NCBI GenBank assembly: GCA_965644315.1
Contig: CBFFRQ010000043.1
Location: 248,001-312,000 of the forward strand
Reading direction: 5' to 3'
DNA from: Caecitellus pseudoparvulus
Lineage: Eukaryota; Protista; Bigyra: Bicosoecida
DNA: 64,000 nt
A program made the translations under genes and the position numbers. Within the stretch, counting starts at the first letter, position 1; every line of letters starts with the position of its first letter. The notes under the pieces were generated by a model. That model saw only the letters and a program-made list of their open reading frames with translations, was not told the DNA's origin and searched no databases. Below, one piece after another: positions 25,001 through 32,386 of the stretch.

Positions 25001-26517
25001 CCCACCACCAGGGCCGCGCCGTGGTGCGCAGCTGATGGGTCGTGGTGTGCCGCCGCGGCGGTGTCCAGTCGTTCCGTGTGCACTGCACTGCCCGTGAGCA
25101 GGAGGCAGAGGGAGGTGGACGCCTTGGGCAGGCTGGTGAGGAGTGTTCCGGGTGGCAAGAACACGTGCCGCCCCCGCCGCCCCAGCTCCGCCAGCACGCT
25201 GGCAGGCAGGCACTGCAGCAGGGGCACTTGAGCCAGCATGCTCAGCAACATGCCGTGGTCCAGGGCCTGGGGGGCAGCGAAGGGGGGGTGCGGCACGAGG
25301 GGGGTCGCCGTGTCCGACACCAGGGCCAGCGGGTCGATGGGCCCAGACCCCGCCTGGCCACCCGGCACGGCATCCCCCCCCCGCACCCCTGGGCCCAGGG
25401 CGCGCCCCAGCGCCTCCCGGGCTGTCCCCAGTGCCGCCAGGGCGTCGCTGAGGTCCCCCCGGGCGGTGGCCAGGGCTTCACGCGCCGCAGCGGCCTCACG
25501 CGAGGCGGCCTCGGCACGCGACGCAGCGTCCGACGCCGCCGCGAAACGCACCATACTGTCGGGGTCAGACGACGGCACGCCCCCCACCGCCTCCACGACG
25601 GCCTGCCTGCGCCGCAACGCAGCAGCAGCCTCCTCCTCCGGCACCTCACCCGGCGTCGCAGCCGTCACAGTGCCGTAGCCACCGTGGATGTTGGACAGGT
25701 GCAGGTTGCCAGGGGTTGCCTGGGGCATGCGCGCATCTCCCGGGCTGGCCTTGCCCGTCGTGCGCGCACGGGGCTTGGACGGCGCAGGGGCCGCTGGCGT
25801 GACGGGCGGCGCGACGCTGTCCCGCGCAGCTGCCTCGGGGCCCCGCGGTGCACGCCACGCGATGGACAGCGCCTCAGCCTGGGAACTGGACGTGGCCTGT
25901 GCGTACAGGGCCTGCACTTGCCGCATTTGCGCGTCGCTCAGCGCGACGCCAGACCCTCCAGCTGTGCCGTGGGCCACCCCTTCAACCGTTGCAAGTTCCG
26001 CAGGCGCCGTGGGCGGGTCTGCCTGGCTTGGGGGTGCAGTGGCCACGGGCGGCGCACGATGCTGGGGCGCATGTTGCACAGTTCGCATGGACCTGTCACT
26101 GGCCTGCCCTGGAGAGGGCGGCGTGGACCCCACAGTGCGGGACGGCGGCACGGCTGGCCTTGAAGCGCCGCTTGACCCCGCAGGCCGCCCACCTCGCCGG
26201 GGAGCCCCGCCCCGGGCCTGGCCGCTGGGCGCGCCACGAGCACTCTCACCTCGCGAGGGGCGGGCCCCACTTCGGTGCGCTGTGCCTCGTGGGCCGCCCG
26301 TGGCGCCGGGCGGGCCTGGCGTGGACGACGGCTGGGTTGACGGCCCCTCACCCTCAGCCCGCCGACGCACAGGGCGCACAGAGGGCGAAATACGCGAACG
26401 AGAGACGACGCGGCCAGTGGGCACTGCAGCTCCACCGCGTCTGCCTCGGGAGGGCGTGCCCCGGGGACCCCCACGCCCCCGTGCCGGGTGGGCGCCGCCA
26501 CGGGAGCTGCCAGGCAT
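19081..26517 (-). CDS. Multidomain PI3K-like protein (cNMP-binding, GAF, PI3K-C2, PIK helical, degenerate kinase)
   Basis: LAQVPLLQCLPASVLAEL (cNMP); GILATVASTG..LVGD..AD.EFD (GAF); VCDLP..ATL, LAWGALPLY, RLPLW (C2); LIW.CR..L, WLLPLV, TPLTRWLL (helical); HFAASLGG...SWLLGL (kinase C-lobe). Confidence 0.72.
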   Translation of the reverse strand: MPGSSRGGAHPARGRGGPRGTPSRGRRGGAAVPTGRVVSRSRISPSVRPVRRRAEGEGPSTQPSSTPGPPGATGGPRGTAHRSGARPSRGESARGAPSGQARGGAPRRGGRPAGSSGASRPAVPPSRTVGSTPPSPGQASDRSMRTVQHAPQHRAPPVATAPPSQADPPTAPAELATVEGVAHGTAGGSGVALSDAQMRQVQALYAQATSSSQAEALSIAWRAPRGPEAAARDSVAPPVTPAAPAPSKPRARTTGKASPGDARMPQATPGNLHLSNIHGGYGTVTAATPGEVPEEEAAAALRRRQAVVEAVGGVPSSDPDSMVRFAAASDAASRAEAASREAAAAREALATARGDLSDALAALGTAREALGRALGPGVRGGDAVPGGQAGSGPIDPLALVSDTATPLVPHPPFAAPQALDHGMLLSMLAQVPLLQCLPASVLAELGRRGRHVFLPPGTLLTSLPKASTSLCLLLTGSAVHTERLDTAAAAHHDPSAAHHGAALVVGPPAEAGVLLPGHTFGGGGVWGGAGASMPGGLGGATPHLDGWVTPTGAHVFTLSHRLLTGALTSPALVLNAWTPDAVLDVVQVRKTAPSHALLWGDAAFAGAVRAARKAGCLAALAGTLCGAPPLALDMGPHAGGAGHGGVLLDALGAAEADAAVAAAMEGVPPPQPSAALLDRLARLPRATLEQAPLLAALACGAPGGPSVSPLRTLELQVGVAARHWGVRAAAFVEMDGQHALAIQRVLATGAAPSSRAPVHLTASTARKVSAALTGAQHTNAFVSAGAAADVGSAGPAHGSAARLPPLSHRAGAGSVTPVGRLRGVGRSFSPHGILATVASTGTLALVGDTGADAEFDADVEGAALPFLAAARNAAYVPVFTTLPGHLFSADDTPGVTHHDEGAGGDAGEGAFAGDTGGLNDLSPGANGGPASGDRRVLAGVLVLADKGCFPCVGVAATPAAVKGAAALLRGRAPGPSEGGGASPAPGSDVGFIHPWTSGDAEALVALARRLGECVSAYVLQAREVGARAAGVGAFSTAGTAAAGPYGADGLMHDAGGGGATVPAVMRPPPSGVALPTSSRRGSEEPILPDDSASQMGGGAEEGGWEGGSDSTPPSDGGSPPSHGAAAALTARRAAAHAVAKGSAAVRLEGCRPLRPAHVITTPVGWRGVALSLDKALLAGLAALAGGVLGGAPRWGGGGQGPLPRGGGLFASLRCAVAVGGGAATPPSSGPAAYLSMGGEGCLPGARVGEAAWSGRHGPTPPQDGPWSPLHAAPQQAGWRGAGVRVCDLPPAATLLVAVVVACDCEPADGAWEGEDEEGDVEEGAAMGPFDGGGVVLAWGALPLYTHGAGGSTLVGGRVRLPLWGGTPPLPVQAWAVPRPSGAAQPTAVESLVGAWAHDSPPAHQGTLDLDVWCVDTPPTPAGQSWPPLTGRPAATLVRALGGEGALPGGVGVPAGELVTALASAAQRGVLGAQLSTAALAPLPVNTFAGQGEGWFRAVCSQCRVPAFMLAPPGAAAESSHLEATQAALLARGGGLLSAAGGLSPPSGSGGDAAPTDLTAPPSTRDALPPPATGVYVFPAPPLPALVAATGATSREAGFVAALLRTVRCGGAGEGGGPTPPAFHPSALPGVFTPAAGGAPTSGLTPRLCLLIWACRGELAPHVEALPLLLRAAGGVAASPFNTPAHAHALSQVSALAPSATLAPSLAFLPPSHRPSALSAATSPMTSPALAPAAVAGEVGALLAAHAPLPTSVAVALLVDPPLAAWGGGGAVHAAAVAALAAAPPHELTPWLLPLVFAAVRSSAGAALCAPPPHTPALADTPLTRWLLATSAAHPATVAWHVAWGALVLQSAPPSTAGVPPRVFAAAAGVFCAALLATLPAAFTPLLAHCVVGCSNLTTAAAAALAPSATSPDARGTLAAMGGGGTSTSRRTLALSAVPLPPALRLPLLPPPLSTPSTWYATTAARAMDSAAAALGGSSAIAEHLLRAGGDAPPPPPDTAPEAGEDVSHALHTAFAPLGLFPPEEAGGGPTPHHRPLSGVGGVVAPHGALVAGEALPSTGLPQGGLPVARLEPQGSAVGGVEGAPEGPAPMLELALAPPPPHTSQSSGSGPRPLRPLGGHWRLSLALVTPPHGGPAELAVPRSVLRNTVGALMAQAAASIWRRAGLSLGDLAVPVVPLLLPGLGEGGTGGGDTPLARFTSPSMWGGVGTSGVPRTLAGGTLAHPSATALSQLLGVPHSDVQGVGAGYGSGTLQRWLMQALFNRVAGESGAGGGPTSAADGVASDDEGDATAGAFDAIIRHFAASLGGLLATSWLLGLAPAAPGRLQLAPSGHLSQSAWADEGYAAKAPVDTAPLLHDPAGSEVDGQGSTPPPGRFASRALCGELLAVLGQRQAARGAGHLSAPAAGCLQQAVDALMALRSAAGELAALYGAWGTATGALHAGVSESVAGLRCRLLVHLADDAARAAFTQQVHFAMHLDA

Positions 26518-26909
26518 GCCGCTGCCGTGCTGTGCGCAAGGCCTGCAGCTGAAGCAGCCGTGGAAACGGGACTAGCGCGCTGCACGACACCCTGGAATGT
26601 GGAAGAGAACACGGTTCTCCAGTGGAGGAAAGTTTGTTTTGCAAGTTCCCTCTTCAGTGCCTGCAGGCCGCCCACGCTTGCAGCGTAGGCACGCAGCGTG
26701 AAACGCCCGACTGAAACGCCGGGCACCTTCCCACCTGCAGCGCCAACGGAGTCCCTACACACCCAATGCATTTCCACAGACACATCCAGCACCACAGTGA
26801 ACACCCCACACCATCCAGCTGCACGCGCTGCCTGCCTGCACACTCCCTGTGCGCGCCACCCTCCCACGCCTGCCAGTAGTAGCTGCTGCACACACACGCA
26901 CGCATCACC

Positions 26910-27855
26910 ATGCTTGCCCGCGTCGCTGCCCGCGCCGTCGCCGCTGCCGGCCGTGCTGCCCAGCCCCGTGCCTGGTCTGCCTGTGCTGGTGCGTTGCCTG
27001 TCAGCCCCCCACCCGCTGCACGCTGGCCCCTGCACCGCCGCGCAGCGGGTGCCAGCTGATGCTGCGCGGCGCCGCCACTGCCCAGCTCGCTGGCGGCACG
27101 CACTCGGGACCCCCCTGCGCGCCCCTGTGCAGCCATGTCCACTCAGGCCCCCATTGATCCTTCAGAGGGCCACATTCACGGCGAGCGTGAGGGCCTCACC
27201 GGTACGTGCCTCGGCGCCGCTCACCCTGAAAAGCCGCACTCCCGCCGGGCCTCTCCGTGCGCCCTGTGCTGGAGCAGCGGCCGCCATGGCGCGGGACGGG
27301 CCATGAACGCGCGCAAGAGTTGTTTTCCTTGCCTCTCTGTGCCACACTGTGCCGTCAATGGCCGTGTGTGGGTCTGCCTTGATGGCGTCTTGATGGAGGT
27401 GTGCGGAACTGGAAGTGCACAGGCTCACGCTCGCCACCGCGCCCTCCCCCCCCGCAGGCATCGCCCGCAAGGAGGAGCTGGCCAAGCTGGCGCAGGGCGA
27501 GGACTTCGACCTGTTCGACCGTGACGCCACCGCGTTCTTCGACGAGGGCACCAAGGAGAACCCCATCGTCATCCTGTCCAACGAGCCCACTCGCATCGTC
27601 GGCATGTCCCTGGAGGTGAGCGCCCCCCCCCCCCACGCACGCACGCACGCACACACACCCTCCCCACGCGCCGCCCGCTCTGGCCCTGCCCAGGACGACG
27701 CCTTTGTGCGTTTCTTCATCCTGCGCGAGGGTGCGATCTTCCGGGACCCCCTGTACAACAACCACTTCGTGTTGAAGGTGGTGGATGACTCCCTCGTGGA
27801 CCAGCAGCTGGAGGCCCTGGACAAGGAGATGGGCGACGTCAAGCCTGGCGTGTAA
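26910..27855 (+). CDS. COX5B: Cytochrome c oxidase subunit Vb-like (introns ~26989-27132, 27202-27457, 27616-27693)
   Basis: Transit peptide MLARVAARAVAAAGR; GIARKEELA..G.D.F, GTKENPIVILS..PTRIVG and F.LREG motifs; frame-compatible GT-AG introns. Confidence 0.78.
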
Positions 27856-28065
27856 ACGGCGCGCCGGGCCCCCCCCAATGCACCGCTGTCACGCACGGCC
27901 CACTCACACCCTCACGGCCACATTTGCGACACGCGCACCAACACGCACACCAGACTCCAGGGCGCTGTGCAGCTGCGGCGTGGTCCGAGTCCAGCCCTGC
28001 AAGCTGCCGCCCCGCTGGCTGGCGCCCCAGATTCGCCGGGAGTTCTGTTGCGGAAATCGGTACCC

Positions 28066-29676
28066 ATGACCACCGTCCAACCGCCAGCGCCTCGCACGCT
28101 GCTGGCTGCGACGTGCGTCCTGCAGTTCCTCGTCTGGTTCAAGCCCAGCCAGCAGTACTTCATCCCAGTCGTCTCCGACTGGTTCCACGTGTCAGTGGAG
28201 GACGTCACGGGCGTTCTGTTTGTGCACTCGCTGTATGCGCCTTTCCTCGTTTTTCCGCTTCTGACGGCAGCCTACCGTTTCGGCGGCTACGCCACAGCCC
28301 TCTCCCTCACCACGGCGGCGGCTGCAGCCAGCCCTGCCCTCATCATCTTCGGCGCGCCACACTTCACGGCGGCAGTGCTGTCCCAGTGGACGTGGGCACT
28401 GCACTTCGCAGCGCTCTTCGCAACGGTGGGCATGCTGTACTCCTGGCTGCCACCCGCCTGGTACCTGCCCGCCGCCGCCGCCAACACCGCCACCATGCTG
28501 GCCGCGTCCACCGCCTCCTCGGCAGTGGGCCTCACCATGGCCCACGCCCAAACTCACACGCTGGGCCTGACCTTCTACGGCACACTGGCGTCGGCGTTGG
28601 CGGGCTGTGCGTGGCTGGGGGTGGCGCTGGGGGCGGGGTGGCTGCCCCCCCCCTCCGCTCAGCCCATGCCCCCCCTGCCCTGCCTCTCCCGCCCCCGCCG
28701 CGCCCCTGGCGCCACCGCGCCGCTGCTGGGCCCACCCCCCCTCGCAGTGGCCCCAGCACCTGGCGGTGGGCCCACCTCCGTTCAGGCCCCCCCCGCACCC
28801 TGCCGCCCCCCCCCCGCCATGCACGCTCTGCTCACCGTGCCCCGCATCTGGCGGTGGGTGGTGCCAGCCTTCATGATGCGTGCCGTGCACACCCTCGTCA
28901 TTGAACTCTGGCCCGCCCTGGTAGCCACACACTACCCCAACCTGCAGCTGTGGAATGGGGCGGTGGGGCTCGCTGCACACGTCGCCGCCGCCGCAGCAGT
29001 GGGCATGGCCACACGTGTGCAAGCCCTGCGCTCCACGCGTGTAACGCAGTACGTCGTGGTCGCTGCGACCGCCGCCGCCGCAGTGCTGCTGCTGCTGTTG
29101 GGGTGGGCCCTGCACGCCGGGCTGCCAGCCACACCAGGCCTGCTCACCCTGGCGACACTGGTGACGGGGCACAACCTGGCTGCGGAAATTGCCCTCGCCA
29201 TCGCCTCTGCCGCCACAGCGCGTGAGGTGTTCCGCGTGCTGCTAGCAGGGGGCCAGGTGGCGCAGGGTGGGGCTGACGGCAGCAACAGCATCATTGGCGC
29301 CATGGGTGGTGGGCAGTGGGCGCTGGTGCTGGGCATGCAGGCCTTGCTGGCTGAGGCGTGGCAGTTGGCGGTGCAGTTCACCCTGTGGCCGCGGGGCGTG
29401 TGGCCGCTGCCCGTCAACCCATGGGCACTGCACCTCACCTACACCCAGCAGTTCATGGGGCTGGGCGCTTTCGCAGGCATGGCCGCCGTCATGGCCCTCT
29501 GCCTGCACGGCACGCCTCTGGAATTGCTGGCCCTGCGCACGGGAGGTTGCTGCTGCTGCCGCCCTCAGTCCGCACAGGAAGAGCCCGGCACGCCGCCGGC
29601 GCAGGTGCGGAAATCGCTCCTGCAAGACGCCCTCTGCCCCGGCGCCTGGGTGTGGTTCGCGCAGGGGTGGAAGTGA
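28066..29676 (+). CDS. Reduced folate/thiamine carrier (SLC19-like MFS transporter)
   Basis: FKPSQQYFIP...VT..LF...LY resembles the SLC19 RPSEPF N-terminus; about 11-12 hydrophobic helices. Confidence 0.7.
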   Translation: MTTVQPPAPRTLLAATCVLQFLVWFKPSQQYFIPVVSDWFHVSVEDVTGVLFVHSLYAPFLVFPLLTAAYRFGGYATALSLTTAAAAASPALIIFGAPHFTAAVLSQWTWALHFAALFATVGMLYSWLPPAWYLPAAAANTATMLAASTASSAVGLTMAHAQTHTLGLTFYGTLASALAGCAWLGVALGAGWLPPPSAQPMPPLPCLSRPRRAPGATAPLLGPPPLAVAPAPGGGPTSVQAPPAPCRPPPAMHALLTVPRIWRWVVPAFMMRAVHTLVIELWPALVATHYPNLQLWNGAVGLAAHVAAAAAVGMATRVQALRSTRVTQYVVVAATAAAAVLLLLLGWALHAGLPATPGLLTLATLVTGHNLAAEIALAIASAATAREVFRVLLAGGQVAQGGADGSNSIIGAMGGGQWALVLGMQALLAEAWQLAVQFTLWPRGVWPLPVNPWALHLTYTQQFMGLGAFAGMAAVMALCLHGTPLELLALRTGGCCCCRPQSAQEEPGTPPAQVRKSLLQDALCPGAWVWFAQGWK

Positions 29677-29684
29677 AATGCATT
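29677..29684. promoter_or_regulatory. Palindromic AATGCATT, candidate bidirectional 3'-end/polyadenylation signal
   Basis: It fills the whole 7-bp gap between two convergent stop codons. The same motif occurs at other gene ends. Confidence 0.5.
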
Positions 29685-30676
29685 CATCCGTGTGCCTGCG
29701 TCAGCCCTCGCAGCCGTGCCTTCTCCTCCCGCATCAAGCCGTCCAGCCGCTGCATGTCGCCGACCTTGCTGCGAATGGCCTGCAACGCAGCAGCCACCTC
29801 GGAAGCGCCACGCTCCGCAGCGCCGGCGTCACCTGCCGCCGCGTCCACCCTGCGCTGGGCTGCGCGCAGCGTGGCTTCTTCCTCCGCCAGTTCTCGTGTG
29901 ATGGCGTTGAACATGCTGCGCATTTCCCGCAGCTCTGCGGAGTCAGGGCCTGCCGTGGGACTGTGCGGCGCACTGCCCGCCTTGCGCCGGCGGTGGGACG
30001 CTGCTGCGGATGACGACATGACACTGAGGGGAATGTTCCCGGAAATGGGCGCTGCAGTCAGCTCCTCAGGCAGCGCCTTGCCCCCCTTCAGGCTGTTGAT
30101 GGCTTGCAGGCGCCGCTTGTTGGCTTCCGTTGACACGGGCTTCGTCAGGGGCGCCGCGATACGGTCAGCCGTTGCCGCAGCCGCGGCCTCACGTGCGGCA
30201 ATGGCACCCTGCCCTCGCCGACGAATGGGCAGTGCGTCAATGGCTGCCACGTGAGTGCGCTGTGAGGGAGGGGGAAGGGGGGCTGCGTGCGGAAATTGAC
30301 TCCCCACCCAACGCAACCGCGGGCAAACGCACCTTGGGGCGCCCCACCACAGGCACGCGCACTGCCGCTGCCTCTGCATGGTCAATTCGCTGTTCTCGTG
30401 CGTCCACGCCCACCTTGCCCCCCGCAGGGATGAACTTGTCGGGAGCCTGCCATGCCTTCGTCTTGGGCTTGGGCACCGCCACCGTGGGAGCTGTGCTGCG
30501 ACTGTACACCTTGCGCAGCAGCGCACCCGCAGGCGTCCCCTCGAACTGCGAAAGCAACTAGGACAAGTGCTTCACAGTGGGCCCTTCGCGTGGGCGCACT
30601 GCCACCGCACCTCTCGCCACACTTGGCTCTTGTTGGCAGGCTCTGGCCGGCCAGGCAGGCGCCGCCTCGCTGCCAT
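29684..30676 (-). CDS. UPF0193/EVG1-like coiled-coil protein (2 introns)
   Basis: Exons MAARRRLP..WRE, LLSQFEGTPAG..RPK and RTHVAAID..; motifs KRRLQ...KGG and MFNAITRELAEEEATL. Confidence 0.5.
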
Positions 30677-30957
30677 GTGCCGTCACCCTCTCGCCGCCGC
30701 CTGCAACAGACAAGACCCTGCAGCTGCAGGCGTGCTGCAAAAGAAAACACACCCTGCACTCCTCTCGCTATGCCTCTGCGCGGCACCTTGCCGTCTCGCC
30801 CACTCTCTGACCTCGCCGAGGCTGTCGTCGGCTCCTGCGGAATCTGGCAGTCGCTCCGCACTGCAACGCAGCCGCGCGATACCCGGAGCGCCGGCCTCTC
30901 GCCCCGCCTCGACACCAGCACAACGCCCCAGCCAAATAAACACTGCCTCAGGCGAGC

Positions 30958-32100
30958 ATGCCACGCTCGCGGCGCCCGGAAGTGGCGGCGGCTGCCGTGC
31001 TGCTCGTGCTGCAGTCGCACGCAGTGCTCTGCACCGGCGCCAGCCCGACAACCGGCCTCAGTGCGCCGCAGGAGGCCGACGGCCCCGGCTGCCGTGGTGT
31101 GTCTTGGAGTATCCCCCACCTGGATCCCGGCACCAGTGCAGCACTGCCGCTGGGCAGCGCTGCAGCCCTCTCCCTAACCTGCGTCGGTGGCGCACTGCCC
31201 TGGCCGACAGGGACATTCTCTGTCACCTTGCAAGCGGCAGGGGGCGCGCTGCGGCACAACGTGACAGGCTGGTTCACAGACCAGGCCAGCATGCGCAGTG
31301 CCATGGGCCAGCCGGTGCTGTCCACCTTCATGGCGCCCCCACACACCGCCGCAAGCACCCACTGGCAACTTGTGCTGACGCGGACGGCGGGTGCGGCGGC
31401 AGGTGCAGCGACGCCCCCCGGCAACCTGCACATCGCCGCAGTGCGAGACTTCACACCCACACACCACACCACCAGCACACCAGCGTCCCTATTCGGACTG
31501 CACGCGGCCCCCCCTGCCACAGCGCTGACCCCCCCTCCACCCAGTGTACCGGGGTGGTGCCCAGCAACACCCCAGCAACCCTGCAAGGCAGGCTGCTCCC
31601 CCAACGGCACCCTGCCCCTCGCCGACTGCTCGTGGTACACGGGGAACGGCTCGGCGTGGCTGCCCCCCACCTACGGCATGGCTGCTGGGTGTGTCTGCAC
31701 CCTGGCCCACGCTCCCTTCACCCAGGCCCCGACAGCGGCATGTGTCCGCACGGCACTGCACGTGGGCCACCTGAGCAACGTGTACTTCAACGCCAGCACC
31801 AAGGCCGCCCTGGCCCGCCTCAAGACGGCACAGTGCCAGCGGGACCCCTCCCTGCCTGGCGGCATGAAGTGCCCCGCGGCGTATTACGCGGCCCTGGCCC
31901 ACTCGGGCTTCCTGCACACCGTGTACCGCATGCACCAGGATGCCTACGCCGCCTGCTGCTGCCCAGGCCACGTAGCGGGGGAGTGGGCGTGGAGCCTGGT
32001 GGTGTTCGGGGGGGTGTTCTCAGAGGCCCTCGCTGCCCTGTGCCCGCTGGAGGTGGACATGGTTGAGTGCTTCGGCAACTGCGGATGCCAGGGCTGGTGA
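30958..32100 (+). CDS. Secreted Cys-rich hypothetical protein
   Basis: Hydrophobic signal-like N-terminus, a beta-rich domain, a Pro/Thr linker and a C-terminal domain with many Cys. Confidence 0.7.
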   Translation: MPRSRRPEVAAAAVLLVLQSHAVLCTGASPTTGLSAPQEADGPGCRGVSWSIPHLDPGTSAALPLGSAAALSLTCVGGALPWPTGTFSVTLQAAGGALRHNVTGWFTDQASMRSAMGQPVLSTFMAPPHTAASTHWQLVLTRTAGAAAGAATPPGNLHIAAVRDFTPTHHTTSTPASLFGLHAAPPATALTPPPPSVPGWCPATPQQPCKAGCSPNGTLPLADCSWYTGNGSAWLPPTYGMAAGCVCTLAHAPFTQAPTAACVRTALHVGHLSNVYFNASTKAALARLKTAQCQRDPSLPGGMKCPAAYYAALAHSGFLHTVYRMHQDAYAACCCPGHVAGEWAWSLVVFGGVFSEALAALCPLEVDMVECFGNCGCQGW

Positions 32101-32386
32101 TGCGGCCCTGACTGCACTGGCGCCGCGGCTGCAATTCACACGCTGCACATGGCCTCACCTGGGTACTGCTCCCTGCTGCCCTGCCGAGCCAAGTGCGTGG
32201 GCGAGGGGCTCAGGCGGTGCAGTGCACGCCAATCAACGCCCCATGGCGCTGACGCCGCAGCCGTACCCGCCGCACCCCCGCAAGGCGCCCATCAGCCACG
32301 ACGCCTACCGCAGCCTGGCACCCTTCGTCGCGGTCGCAGCTCTCAGCTCGGGTCCAGGGCCGCTGCCACAGCACTCTCTGCCACGC

